The translations under genes and the position numbers were made by a program. A stretch of 64,000 nucleotides of DNA from Octopus vulgaris (lineage: Eukaryota), in NCBI GenBank assembly GCA_951406725.2, contig OX597831.1, forward strand, positions 80,414,001 through 80,478,000, in the 5' to 3' direction. This document shows, in pieces, positions 1 to 14,760 of this stretch (position 1 is the first letter of the stretch; the number at the start of each line of letters is the position of its first letter). The notes under the pieces are model-generated. The model had not been told where the DNA came from. It worked only from the letters and a program-made list of their open reading frames with translations, and searched no databases.

Positions 1-191
1 AAACCGGTCTTTCTTCTAAATTATGTCATTGTAAGAAAAAAATTTTTAATATTCTTCAGACATATTGACTCAAATATATATTTTTTAACCTGTAAGCCTT
101 CTGTAGTTTTTTCACTTTTTCGTATTTTCTATATATTCAACCACGTGCTTTCACAAACCAACTTTCTTATCTATATTTATATATATATATA

Positions 192-3100
192 TTGTTGTCG
201 GCATCCTTTTTGTCCCGGGAGATAATGGAGTTGCGCATAAAATAATCTAGTCCGGCTTTTACATTTCATGTCCTAATACATTTCCTGCTGTGTCCTATCC
301 TGGACAAACGCTCCCTCTGGCAGGTGCCGCAAATGTAGCGAAGACTGTTCCTGGCTGGTTGTAATGTCATAGTTTCTTGTCTTTCCATTTCTCCTCTCTT
401 TCTCTCTGTCACCCCTTTGTGTTCCCTCTTTTACGGTACGTCACCAATCTCCACAGTTGATGGCAACTGCTTCCCAATTGCTAATATTGATGTTGCAGGC
501 CTTCATGTCCCTTTTGCAAACATCCTTGTAACGTAAGAACGGTCTTCCCACAGACCTAGTACCCCTAGCAAGCTCTCCGTAGAGTATGTCCTTGGGGATT
601 CTGCCATCTTTCATACGGCTAACATGTCCAAGCCATCTCATACGTCTTTGTGTGAGGAGTGCAAACATGCTTGGTATTCCTGCTTGCTTGAGGACATCTT
701 TGTTGGGGACATGATTCTGCCATTTGATGCGAAGGATTTTCCGGAGGCAGCGCAGGTGAAAGATGTTTAGGCGACGCTCTTGGCATGTGTATGGCGTCCA
801 AGTCTAACTTCCATACAGTAGAGTGCTATGTACACATGCCTGGTAGATCTTCATTTTTGTGGTCTTGGTCAGCTTATTGTTGTCCCATGCCCGTTTGGAG
901 AGTTGGGCCATCACAGCAGCTGCCTTGCCAATGCGTATATTGAGCTCAGCATCAAGGGATAGGTTGTAGGTGACGGTAGAGCCAAGATAGGTAAACTTCT
1001 CCACCTCTTGTAGTCTGTGGTCTCCAATATGTATGTTTGGGATGTCCGATGTAGCCTGACCCATGATGCTGGTCTTCTTGAGGCTGATAACTAAATCAAA
1101 GTCGTTACATGCTTGCTCAAAACAGTTGATGAGCCTTTGGAGGGCTTCTTCTGTGTGTGTTACCAGAGCGGCATCATCAGCAAATAGCATCTCCTTGATC
1201 AGGACGCTTCTGATTTTGGTCTTGGCACGCAAGCGCGAGAGATTGAAAAGTTTCCCGTCACTTCTACTGTGCAGAAACACTCCATCATCTGATGTCTGAA
1301 AGGCATATGAGAGCAAGAGCGAGAAGAAGATGCCAAATAATGTAGGAGCGAGGACACAACCTTGCTTTACCCCGTTTTTTATTTGGAAGGCGGCTGATGT
1401 TGAACCATTGTGCTGTATGGTGCCTTGCATATCATTATGGAAAGACTTGATGATCCTCAGCAGCTTTGGTGGAGATCCGATTTTTTGGAGCAGGATGAAG
1501 AGGCCTTTTCTACTTACCGAGTCAAAGGCCTTTGTTAGATCAATGAAGGCCATATATAATGGCATTTTCTGCTCTCTGGACTTCTCCTGAAGTTGGCGTA
1601 TGGAGAATATCATGTCAATAGTTGATCTGCTTCTTCTAAAGCCACACTGCGATTCCGGATAAATTCGAGAAGCAAGTAGTTGTAGCCTGGCCAGGATAAC
1701 GCGAGCAAAGGTCTTTTCAACAGTGCTTAGAAGAGATATTCCACGGTAATTGTTACAATCACCACGGTCACCTTTGTTTTTGTAAAGCGTAATGATGTTA
1801 GCATCCCGCATATCCTGAAGGACTGTACCCTCTTCCTAGCACTGACACAGAAGCCCATGAATGTGCCGAAGCAGGATGGTGTTTTTGCCGGCTTTGATGA
1901 TCTCTGAGGGGGTGCCGTCTTTTCCCGGAGCCTTATTACTTGCTAGGGAGTCAATAGCCTTGATGAGCTCTGCTATAGATGGCGAACTGTCAAGTTCGCA
2001 CATGACTGGCAAGATCTTGACACTCTCGATTGCAGCCTCAGCTACTGTAGTCTCCCGTGAGTAGAGATCCTGGTAGTGCTCCACCCATCTATCCATTTGC
2101 TTGCTTTGATTCCTGGTGAGATCTCTAGTTGTTGATTTCAGAGGGCCTGACTTGGTTGCGGATGGACCGAGGGCCTTCTTCAAACCGGCCTACATCCCAC
2201 AGGTGTCGCCACTGTCAGCAGCTGACTGGATACTCTGACAGATTTCCTGCCAATACCTACTTGCACAGCGTCTGGCTGTCAGTTGGGTTTTATTTCTTGC
2301 CTTTCTGAGTTCTTCGAGTGACTTTGTAGAAGAATCACTCTTGTATTGCATCAGAGCTGCACGCTTTGCTTCGATAACTGGCTCTAGCTCTGAGAGCCCA
2401 GCATTGAGCCAATATGGGTTTTGCCTTTCTCTCATGCCGAAGGTATCTATTGATGTGGTATACAAAGCTTCCCTGATATAATTCCACCTACTTTCAGCAG
2501 AGGAGGTTGGGAAGCTACTGAGGGCAACCTTGATAGAAGCAGCAAAACATTTTCGCAGTGTAGGGTTCGAGGTTCTGGCAGTGTTAATGCGTGGTCAGCC
2601 CATTTTCTTGGAGTGATGGACTTTTTTAGGCAGAATCCTCACCCTACTTCTAATTAGTGAGTGATCTGTGTCACAATCCGCGCTGTGATAACTACGGGTC
2701 AGTTGAACAGAATTCAGAAAGGATCTTCGTGTAATGATGAGATCAAGATGCCTTGGGGGATGGCTTGTTGGCAAAGAATGTGTTGGTGATGCACAGGTTA
2801 TGGTATGTGCAAAATTCAAGTAGTCTCTGACCATTGTCATTCACGTTGCCAATACCAAAGTGTCCAACACAAATGGGTCACGAATCGTGGTCAGATCCCA
2901 TGCAAGCACTAAAATCTCCTAGAAGGTAGATGTTTTCATTGGTTGGTATATTTCTAATGACACAGTTGAGATCTTTGTAGAACTGGTCCTTGGTCTCCTC
3001 TGAGCTGTAGAGAGTGGGAGCATAGATGCTCAGTAGATGTACTTAGACAGAAGAAGTCGAGAGGCGCAATGGGAGGATACGCTAAGTGCCTCCTGATGTT

Positions 3101-3865
3101 GGTTCTATTGAGTAGAGTAATGAGTTTCTCACTGCAAAGCCAACACCATGCTGACGAGGTTTTTCTGGATTGCTTCCCTGCCAAAAGAAGGTGAAATCCT
3201 GTTCTTTGAGTTTGCCGTTTGAGGGAAGTCTTGTCTCCTGCAGCCCAGCAATGTCTATGTTAAGCCTCTTTAGTTCACGGTCAATGATGGCCGTTTTTCT
3301 TGTGTCTTCAACCCTGAGTAGATCATCAGATATGCCAGGGCACATGGTCCTGACATTCCAGCTTGCTAACCGCAGGACTGGTGGTTTCTTGTCTTTTAGT
3401 TGTTTGCCTGGTGCAGAGGTTGCAGGCCGTTTTTCAAGTCAAACTCTTAGCTCCAAGCACCCAATAAAGCAGGCGGCCTGTGGCGGGTCAGCACCTTATT
3501 AACTGGGGGCTGCCCAGCTTGAGGATGGCAGTAGCTAACCAATAGGATACGGAGGTCCCTCCCACCGTCAGAGGTAACCCGTAGCGCCCATATCTTACGC
3601 CAATCTGAATATCACTCGTGACTGTTATCTCCCGTGTTTTTTCTGCTACTTTTTACAGCAGCACTGAAGTGTCCTCTCCAGGTTTTCGCAGGCCTGGGCT
3701 AGAAATAAGAAAATCCTGGGCAGCCCAATCGTCAGGATTCCTCTCTCGACCTTGCTGATGTAGTCCAAAGGAGTGCAGAGCATTACGTTTGGCACCAGCT
3801 TAGTTGCAGGAGCTGCCGGAAGAGTGTTGAGTCGAACACTATGCCACCTTCGGGACTCCACTCCG
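192..3865 (-). mobile_element. RTE-clade LINE (APE endonuclease + reverse transcriptase), near full length, broken by stops and frameshifts
   Basis: Minus-strand ORF pieces occur in the expected order. These are the APE N-terminus (RELKRLNIDIAGLQETR, 3082-3345), the APE C-terminus (LDLIITR..DCDTDHSL, 2595-2840), RT (804-1811: NYRGISLL, FIDLTKAFDSV, GVKQGCVLAP, LFADD, FTYLGS) and the RTE C-terminus (RWLGHVSRM.DGRIPKDILYGEL, 441-668). The 3' end reads GGACAAAAAGGATGCC followed by a short repeat tail. Confidence 0.95.
804..1811 (-). pseudogene. RTE reverse transcriptase domain ORF fragment
   Basis: 335-aa ORF with non-LTR RT motifs including FADD. It is cut off from the rest of the ORF by stops and frameshifts. 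Confidence 0.93.
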
Positions 3866-4145
3866 TATTTCTTTGAAGGTTGTCTCCTTTCCGTAATCCT
3901 GGATTTTGTATTTTTGTATTTGGTTTGAAAGATTCTTTATGTGAAATCATGTATTGAAGCATCTTTTGTTGTGTCTGGGGAGAATCATTTTGTTTTAATG
4001 CCTTATTAATTAATACACTCACTGGTTCGATTTCCACTCATATACTCATTTATTTTCTCTAGAATTTTCGTTATTTCTTGCAACCGCTTCAATCGATATG
4101 TGTGTGTGAGTGTGTGTGTGAGCGCGGGCGCGGGCACGCACGCGT

Positions 4146-4229
<84 letters not shown>

Positions 4230-4248
4230 TTGAGTGTGTGTTCTGCAT

Positions 4249-4450
4249 TTGTCCCCCACCGCTTGACAACCAGTGCTGCTATGTTTACGATACCTGTAAC
4301 TTAGCAATTCGGCCAAATAGATTGATAGAATACGTATCAGGCGTCAAAAACTTAAGCACTGGAGTCGATTTATCCGACTAAAAATTCTTCGAAAGCGTTG
4401 CCCCAGCAAAAGTCGCAGTCTGATGGTTGAAACATGTAAAAGATAAAAAA
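4249..4450 (+). mobile_element. SINE family A (CORE-like, CR1-type tail), 3' half, diverged
   Basis: Matches the 3' half of the full copies at 47694-48090 and 48881-49425 (cgcttgacaacc...gtaacttagc...ccccagca...gaaacatgtaaaaga). Confidence 0.75.
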
Positions 4451-4471
4451 TAAAAGATATATTCATAGATG

Positions 4472-4548
<77 letters not shown>

Positions 4549-4549
<1 letters not shown>

Positions 4550-4650
4550 GTTTCTTTATTGACCACACAGGGCTGAACACAGGGGACAAAATACAAAGTA
4601 GAGCTTTTCTTTTTAGGAATACGAGAAAAAAAGTGGGTCGGACAGACATA
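4549..4650 (-). mobile_element. Short 3' end of a Tx1-like LINE abutting (GATA)n
   Basis: The reverse complement ttttgtcccctgtgttcagccctgtgtggtcaataaagaaa resembles the 3' end of the LINE at 53260-53322. Confidence 0.55.
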
Positions 4651-4861
4651 CAGATAGGCAGACAGACAGACAGATAGATAGATATCTGCATGTGTGTAGG
4701 TTTGCGCGAGTGTATATACATATATAAATGTATATATGCATGGATATTAATATATCTTAATTATATATATAAATGAGTAGTATAAGATATGGATCGGAGA
4801 ACCGTGTGGCTCTCACAGAAAACTCCTTTTACGGACTCAATTACCTCATCAGAACATTGTT

Positions 4862-5077
4862 CTTATTTCTTTATTGCCCACATGGGGCTAAACACAGAGG
4901 GGACAAACAAGGACAAAGTTGATTACATCGCCCCCAGTGCGTAACTGGTACTTAATTTATCGACCCCGAAAGGATGAACGGCAAAGTCGACCACGGCGGA
5001 ATTTGAACTCAGAACGTAACGGCAGACGAAATACTGCTAAGCATTTCGCCCGGCGTGCTAACGTTTCTGTCAGCTCA
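4862..5077 (-). mobile_element. SINE family B (Meta-like central domain, Tx1-type tail)
   Basis: The reverse complement has a tRNA-like head (gagttcaaattcc B box), the central ttcatcctttcggggtcgataaattaagtaccag domain and the tail gtttagccccatgtgggcaataaagaaat. Confidence 0.85.
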
Positions 5078-5332
5078 TCTATCTACCTACCTACCTACCA
5101 ACCTACCTTTCTTTATTTGCATTAACCTTGTGAATAACCTCGTGAATATACAATTGTGTTGTATAATGCAGAGCTTGCAAATCAATGCAAACATGTGAAC
5201 ATAATTTCTTTCCCACTGAAGAGGGTTGAGAAACGGCCATAACCTTAAGCATGTCACGTGGTTGAATAAATATGTATTCACCTCTTACACCTCCTGATAT
5301 TATGGGTTATATACATACGTATATATATATCT

Positions 5333-5380
<48 letters not shown>

Positions 5381-5507
5381 GAAGATATGCATATGTCTAT
5401 ATAAATACTTATACAAATGTGTTTCCTCACTTCATTTTGTATTCAGCCAGTTACCCAGCATCCACTTATTTCTATATCTCACTATCTATTCATGCATCTC
5501 TTTCATA

Positions 5508-5543
<36 letters not shown>

Positions 5544-5691
5544 AACTTTTCTTCTTTTTTACTCTTCATTTTATCTTTCTATCTGTCTGTCTGTATGTAT
5601 GTTTATCTATCTATCTGCCTGTCTGTCTGTCAATCTGTCTATCAACCTACCTATCTCTATCTATCTATCAATCTATCTATCTATCCATCTA

Positions 5692-5730
<39 letters not shown>

Positions 5731-5828
5731 GTCTGTCTGTCTATCCACCTATCTATCTATCTGTGTATCCATCATACGACATCTCTCTTTACTTCTCTGC
5801 CTTTTCCTGCTTCTTTCTCTGCTACATG

Positions 5829-5883
<55 letters not shown>

Positions 5884-6050
5884 TATTTATCTTTCTCTCC
5901 CTTTATCTCATATTGTTTCTCCCACACTGTACCTTAGCTCTTTCTCTTACTTTTTAGCTCTCTATCTCTCTTTCACGTTTTTTCTCACTCACGCACACCT
6001 TTTCTCTCTTTTCTTTTCTTCCTTGTTTTTTCTCTCATTCTTTCAAATTC

Positions 6051-6102
<52 letters not shown>

Positions 6103-6854
6103 AATATATCTTGCCCTGGCTCTTCCCCTTGTCTCCCTCACTTTATTTCTCATTCTCATTCTCTTTCTCTTTCTCTCTCATTCATTATTTTGCTCTTATC
6201 TTGTCTTGCCTTTTTCCTCTCTTTTTTTTCATTCTCCCTTTTTTTCGCTCTCTCTCTCCCTCTCTCATTCTCTTTCTCTCTTTCTCATTCACACACACAT
6301 ACTCTTTATTTCTCTGTCTCTCTTTCTCTCCGTCTCTCCCATTCTCTTTCTGTTGATAGTTCCCTCACTTTCTCTGTCTCCCTTCTCTCTCACCCCGTCT
6401 CTCAATCCTTACTCTCCCATTTCTCCCCTCCTCCTCCTCCTTCCTCTCTCATCTTTCCACTGCTTCAAACCAATCTCTCTCTCTCCCTAACGCTAACCCA
6501 TTTATCTTACCCATCACACAGTGAGCCACCTTAAACCAAATGAATCAAATCTATTTGCACCAATCACACCCGTCCACCCACCTAGCTTACGCACACACAC
6601 ACACACACACACACGAACATGAACACGCACACACACACACACACACACAAATACGAACACACACATACACGCACACACATGCGCGCGCACAAAGACGCAA
6701 ACACAAACGCGAACACACACAAGCGCATGCAGTAAACAACGGACAGAGAAAAACGTCACCCGGGCTCACACCAACAGCACATACAGTTCCGCATAATACC
6801 TCATCATACACACACACACACAGATATATACATATATGTACACGTATATATGTG

Positions 6855-6952
<98 letters not shown>

Positions 6953-7638
6953 CATATATATAAATATGTATATATGTGTGTATATATATACATATATTAT
7001 ATACATATACACATATATATATACATATATACATATATATAAATATGTATATATATGTGTATATATATATATATACATATACATATATACATATATATAT
7101 ATATATGTATACATATATATATATATGTATGTATATATGTATGTATGTATGTGTGTGTGTGTATGTATGTATGTATGTATGTATGTGTGTGTGTGTGTAT
7201 GTATGTATAGCAGGCAACACAGGTGGAAAAGCCAGTCCCCGTATGGAAAGCCTAAGTACTCATTAAAACATCACATGACAACAAACCTCAGACCGATTAA
7301 CTTAAATGATTCGTCGTACCTTGATTTGATGCCGTGTGTTAATGGTGACAACAGCTTAATTACTAATTAGTATGCCAGTCACAGGTAATTTTAACGTTTT
7401 ATTACCTTCCAACACAAACCGCCCCTCCTCCCCGCCGCCTTCTTCGTTTTCGTCTCGAATCGCTTTGATCGTGGCAGACATTCACATAGACGCGTTTGCA
7501 TATATGCGTAAAAGTATGTGTATATGGATGGATGTAGGTAGATATTTATATACATATGAATGTATGTTACGTATACGTCTGTATACGAAATATGTATGCA
7601 TGTATGTTATATATATATATATATAAAACCATGTGTAT

Positions 7639-7729
<91 letters not shown>

Positions 7730-7896
7730 TGCACAAATTCATATATGCATGCATGTATATCTATACATATATATATGTGTATATATACACACACATATAT
7801 ATATGTATGTATAATGAGTCTTCGATATACATAATATTTATGTGCGTGTGTGTGTTCGGGTAATGCCTCTAATGTACATACATATAGATATACACT

Positions 7897-7958
<62 letters not shown>

Positions 7959-8161
7959 CATTATAAACACGTTATATACATATATTTATATACACACACA
8001 CACATATATATATATTATTGGCACATTATATACATACATACATACACGCGTATACCCAAACACACATGTGCTTAAGAGTAAAAGTGTGTTTTTTCGTCGT
8101 AGAAACGAGAGATGACTTGGTGAGTGTTGGGGGTGTATATATGTGTGTGTACGTGTGTGTG

Positions 8162-8209
<48 letters not shown>

Positions 8210-8470
8210 CGTGTGTTCCACATACCGTTTCATTCGGTTTTCGTGTTCCTGACGTCACTTGTATATTTGTATATTACATGTATATGTATGTTTGTATGTA
8301 TGTATGTATGTATGTATGTATGTATTGTATGTATGTAAGTATGTATGTAAGTATGGATGTATTTATGGATGGATGGATGGATGGATGTGTATGTGTGTAT
8401 GTATGTATGTATGTATGTATGGTGTTCTGTTCGTATGTATGTCCTTATGTACACACACACACCTATATAT

Positions 8471-8622
8471 AGGCGAGACTGTGAGATAAAAAGTTTGCTT
8501 CTCAACCGCATAATTCCGGGCTCAAACTCACCGCGTGGCACCTCGGGCTAAGCTCTCCGACTCCAGCTTTAGGCTGACTAAACCCTTGTGAGTAGATTTG
8601 CTAGACGGAAACTGAAAGAAGC
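8471..8622 (+). mobile_element. SINE family A, 5' half, diverged
   Basis: Similar to the heads at 47694 and 48881 (cgtggcacc...ccttgtgagtagatttg...gacggaaactgaaagaagc). Confidence 0.7.
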
Positions 8623-8780
8623 ATGTTATATATATATGCGTGTATGTGTTTATGTAAGTATGTATGTATATATATTTTACATATGTAAATATGTATATTC
8701 ATATATTTATATATACATATATATAATAAATATTAGGGAATAAATCCAAATTTACAGGGAAAAAAATCAGGGAAAAAAAA

Positions 8781-9455
8781 TCATTCCGGACAAGAGACTG
8801 CGAGACCATGTTGACACTATGGAAGACATTTGTCCTAAGCCGCCTGGACTACTGCTCCCAACTGTGGTCACCGCATAGTGTCAAACTAACCACAGAGCTT
8901 GAGACAATCCAAAGACATTTCACCAAGAGGATTTCCACCATGAAAGAAAAGAACTATTGGGAGAGGCTTAGGGAACTCAATTTGTACTCCTTGGAACGAA
9001 GACGAGAGAGATATGCAGTGATATACATATGGAAAATCCTGGAGGGACTAGCACCAAATTTTGGAATTGAGAGCTGTTCCAATCCCCGTACAGGACGTCA
9101 CTGTGTGGTGCCAAAGGTCCCGTCTTCCACATCCAGGGTAAGGAGCAGATACTGTGATAGCCTGGGGTTCAGGGGCCCTCAGCTTTTCAACAAACTGCCA
9201 AGAAAACTGAGAGATCTGCATGATGCGGATGTGGACATTTTCAAAAAACATCTAGACAAGCTGCTTTCCGGGATCCCAGATGAACCCACTGCAAGGTACG
9301 AGGGTAACCTAAGGGCAGCAGCTACAAACTCTCTCTTAGATCAGTGGCCAGCCACGGCAAACTGGACTTAGAGAGGGTAGCAACAAGGGCGGTGCCCCAG
9401 CATGGCCTCAGCCGGATGGCTGAAACAAGTAAAAGAGTAAAAGAGTAAAAGAGTA
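8781..9455 (+). mobile_element. CR1-like LINE, 5'-truncated (ORF2 C-terminus + 3' UTR + GTAAAAGA tail repeats)
   Basis: ORF 8808-9371 (LDYCSQLWSP..LETIQR.FT..YWERLRELNLYSLERRRERY) is typical of the CR1-group post-RT region. The 3' UTR ends gaaacaagtaaaagagtaaaagagtaaaagag. Confidence 0.85.
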
Positions 9456-9576
9456 TTTAGGATTATATATTGAGGTTTATATGTATGTATAGGTATGTGT
9501 GTTTTGCAAAATAGTGGTTTTGTCTCTAATAATATTATATACATACATACGTACATATATACATACATACACATGC

Positions 9577-9607
<31 letters not shown>

Positions 9608-9767
9608 CATACATACATACATACATACATACATACATACATACATACGTACATACATACGTATATCTATCAAAAGATTCCTCAATTTTTATAACGGAGG
9701 GCGTGTGCTTCACGGAAAACAGTGTTAACAGAAATGTAAAAGAAGTCTGTAGACTTTGTAAAATAAG

Positions 9768-9809
<42 letters not shown>

Positions 9810-9818
9810 CTCTCTATC

Positions 9819-9859
<41 letters not shown>

Positions 9860-10109
9860 CACACACACATACATGCACGAACACACACAAACAAAAAAAC
9901 AAACAAACAACTGGCAACACGTTTGCGGAAACTTCAGTGTAAGAGACCAACAAATGCGCTTTAATAAGCTTTTACTCACCTGTGTAATGTTGTGCTCATT
10001 TTCTCCTGTTCCTTCAAACCAATGTGTATATGCAGGGGGAGGGGTAGTGAGTGTTGGTTCTTCTATGCACCTTTGTATGTGTCTGTATGTATGTACGCGT
10101 GTATACATG

Positions 10110-11330
10110 TGTGCACACAAGTGGTGCTGTTCCTCGATAAGAAAACATTGTATGCCTTGAAATGTCGTATTTTGCAAGAATATCTGTGTTCGAGACTTTG
10201 TCCAGCCATGTGATTTTCAAAATAAACGAAGGTAGCAAAGATGAGACGAGTGTAACCATTTGGTATAGCACCTGGCGAGCGTCTGTGCTTCACAACCTTA
10301 AAGGAAAGCGATTACGAACTGGTGCCCGGTACGGTTTTATCGTTGTAGCCAAGCAGATGCCATGATCTCTCCAGTATGTACTAGGGTTTACCAAAAACCG
10401 ATCATGCTTTAGACCAGTGGCTTTCAACTGGGGTTCATATAACTCCAGTGTGTCCATGTGAACCCAGAAGGTCCATATAATATTTTTAGGGGTCTACACA
10501 AACAAAATAGTAAATTGGAAATCCAAAGCAGTATTTTAAGTATAGCTGAAAAATTTCGCTTTACATGTATTTATTGCAAGAAACGACTTGGTTTCTTTCT
10601 TTAACGTTATACATTGTTCAAACTATACAAGTTAATGTGTGATTAGCAAAACAGGAATTTTGCAAGGAGTTTCTACAAAACTAGTTTTTAAACATCGAAT
10701 GGCCATGGGTGGAGGCAGACTAGGATAGTAATTACCGGGGTTCATAGGTAAAAAAAATGGTTGAGAACTACTGCCTCACGCAATCACTTGATAATGCCTT
10801 CATCAAGTCGAGCATTGTTTGAGAAGCTGCTCCCCAGGTTGTGGGAACTTTTGCACAGCATTGTGAGGTATATTGTCAACCATGACAATAGGATCCTGTT
10901 TTGAGCTTCCAGATGCTGGCTGGTGCTGAGGTGAGTTGGCCATGTTTTAAGCGTGGAAGACACTCGCTTACCGAAAGCCCTCTTTCGTGATCAGTATAAC
11001 TCTAGTACCACGCACCAAGACCGCCCACTGCTCCGTTATAAGGATACTCCAAATATTCGCGTGAGAACCTGCAAGATAAACCTGACGACATGGAAATTCA
11101 TGACACTGAGCAGAGCTCAGTGAAGAATCTCTCGCTACTAAGCCATTCCCAGCATCGAGGCTACCATGATCAACATCATGAGGGAGAAGAGAATCCAGTG
11201 TAGAACTGGGTCCAGATGATGGTGGCCACTACTAAAACGTCTTCCACAGGATCTGAAAATCCCGCATAGGCCTATATTCACATATGAGATGACCCGGCCG
11301 AAATGTATAACTGTGCAGCTGTGTCCTGCT
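10110..11330 (-). mobile_element. Old, highly decayed RTE LINE fragment interrupted by a hAT MITE
   Basis: Minus-strand translations ILKITWLDKVSNTDILAK (~10170-10230) and HQPASG..PIVMVDN..AVQKF (~10840-10930) echo the RT-to-C-terminal region of the RTE at 192-3865. Confidence 0.6.
10415..10773. mobile_element. hAT/Charlie-like non-autonomous DNA transposon (MITE)
   Basis: Ends CAGTGGCTTTCAAC and GTTGAGAACTACTG are imperfect inverted repeats of the CAGTGGTTCTCAAC Charlie type. The 8-bp TSD is not preserved. Confidence 0.65.
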
Positions 11331-11828
11331 GAACTTCATTCGCGGAAGCAACGCGAGAGTTCAATGTGTAATGTATGCACCGGTATTATAGTAGGGTTGC
11401 AATTGCAACGGTTACGAATCTGTGCAATAGAAACACGTGTAGGTCTATTTGAAGCTGTAACTATATAAAAAGGAATTAAAGGTAACGCTAATGCTACTTC
11501 GTAATAATCTTTATTATTGTTATTATTGATGTGTGCGTGTTTCTATATGCATGTATGTGAACACAAACATATCTAGCGTGAAGAAAGTAAATATTAAATT
11601 TGAACAGGACAGAAACAATGAAGTCTGACAAAAATGGTGTTAATATAATAGTATTGGTTTAATAACATACTTAAATTAAGAAGTTTAAAAAAGAACGTCA
11701 TGACGTTTCGAATATTAGTCTTTTATCAAAACGAAAACTAAGGAAGCATAAGGAGAGAGGGAAACGGAGGAACAGTTGACGCATAAAAATAGAACATACT
11801 GAGTGCAAAATAAATAGGTGTACAGTTC

Positions 11829-12185
<357 letters not shown>

Positions 12186-12683
12186 GTTGCACATCGATGT
12201 TGATTGTTGTGGTCGCGATATTATTGGTGATGACAACGGTCGCCATTACTGGCTAAGGCCACCATTGCCGCTACTACCGCCAGCATCGTCGCTCCGCCAT
12301 TAACATCATCATCACCGACGACCTCGTCGAAGTTCTGTCTGCCTGTGTATGCCATGAGACTCTCTACAATAACCAGAAACCCAAGCAATAAATACCAGCA
12401 GCTATAAAGTTCACACATCTTAATTAAATGGAAATTTCAACTAGATAACTGTAAATGAAGCATTAATGAGCTTCTCTACGTTTGTATATACATACACAAA
12501 CGTGTATGTATATATGTATATATATATATATATGCGTTTATATATATATATATAATTATGTATGTATGAATATATATGTGTGTGTGTGTTCGTGTGTATG
12601 TCATGCATATGTATATGTATAGGAAAGTAGCCCTATGCATGATGTATGTATATATTTACGAAAGTTAATATAGATAAATAGTC

Positions 12684-13146
<463 letters not shown>

Positions 13147-13502
13147 TAAACATGTTTTGGGCAGAATCGTATATTCCATTCATTTACTTGTTTATTTATT
13201 TATTTATTTATTTATTTGCTACATTTTGTTTCTTGTTTGTTTGTTTTTTGTTCGGTTTACTTACTCATGTTTATAATACATATCTACCTCTTTATCAATA
13301 TTATTATTGTTGTTATTGTTGTTGTTGTTGTCGTTTTTGTTCTTGTGGTTGTTGATAGTGATCTTCATGCTGATGCTGATGATGATGACATCAGTTGTAT
13401 ATTAGTGTTTGTGATATTGATGCTAATATTAATATATTTAGATATTAAAAGCTTTGTATACACACTTTGTATATACATACATATAAATATATACATATAT
13501 AC

Positions 13503-13587
<85 letters not shown>

Positions 13588-13683
13588 TAAACACACAAAT
13601 ACTTATTTGTATTCACAATGCCTAAATTATATATTTTGCGAGTACCACGCATTTTCTTGTAGGAATGAAGTGTTGTGTATATT

Positions 13684-13742
<59 letters not shown>

Positions 13743-14269
13743 CTATATACATACACACGTGTGGTTCTCAATGTTTTTACATGCTCTCCTTTTTATGAGT
13801 TTGTGTGCGTCCTTATGAATATTTTTTCCTATATATACGACGTGTATGTGGGTACATATACATACATTTATCAATATATACATATACATATCCACACACA
13901 TATGTGTGTGTATGTGTGTGTGAGTGTGTATGTGTGTGTACATATTTTTGATGACAGATCAATATGAATATATTTCTGTTTTATTAGTTTTTGCCGTCCG
14001 TACATACAATTTATATATTTTCGTCATTTATTAATTTCATCCGTTTTTGTTATCCGTGCTGGGTTGGTTGGTTTGTTGGTTTGTTTGTTTTTTATATATA
14101 TCTTCTTCTCAGTTCTGTTGATGATATCGGCGGCGATGGCCACGGCTACGGCTACGACGACGACGATGATGATAATGATGGAGGTAGGAATGCTATTTAT
14201 GGTGGTGCTGGTGGTGGTGGTGAGGTTGATGGGCCGGGGTGAGAGGTAGGTTTAGAGAAAGTTAATTAT

Positions 14270-14760
14270 GTTGATGATGGCGATGGCGATGGCGATGACG
14301 ATGACGATGACGATGATGATGGTGATGATGATGATGAGGATGATGATGTTGATGATGATGATGATGATGATGACGACGACGACGATGATGATGATGATGA
14401 CGACGCTGATGAAGCCAATGATGATGACGACGGATGGTGGAGGTGGCGATGGTGGGGCGGTGGTGCTGCTGCTGATGATGATGAGGATGTTGCTGGTGGT
14501 GCTGGTGGTGCTGCAAGTGCAGGTGCTGGTGATGGTTGTGGCGGTGGTGCTACTGTTACCTATTTTTGTGTTGGTCATGGTGGTGGTGGTGGTGGTGGTG
14601 ATGCTGGTGATGCTGGTGGTGGTGGTGGTGGTGATGCTGGTGGTAGTGGTGGTGGTGGTGGAGTTGGTGGTGGTGGTCTTGGTGGTGGTGGTGGTGGTCT
14701 TGGTGGTGGTGGTGGTGGTCTTGGTGGTGGTGGAAGTGGTGGTGGCGGCGGCGGTGGCGC
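14270..14760. repeat. (GAT)n/(GGT)n trinucleotide low-complexity tract
   Basis: Seen directly. It is the source of the poly-M/V/H ORFs. Confidence 0.9.

Noticed and set aside
6540-7370. Long ORFs such as the 276-aa [11 protein letters not shown], and the many similar MYVC, LSIY, poly-N/I/L ORFs
   Set aside because: They are translations of microsatellites that happen to lack stop codons, with no domain content.
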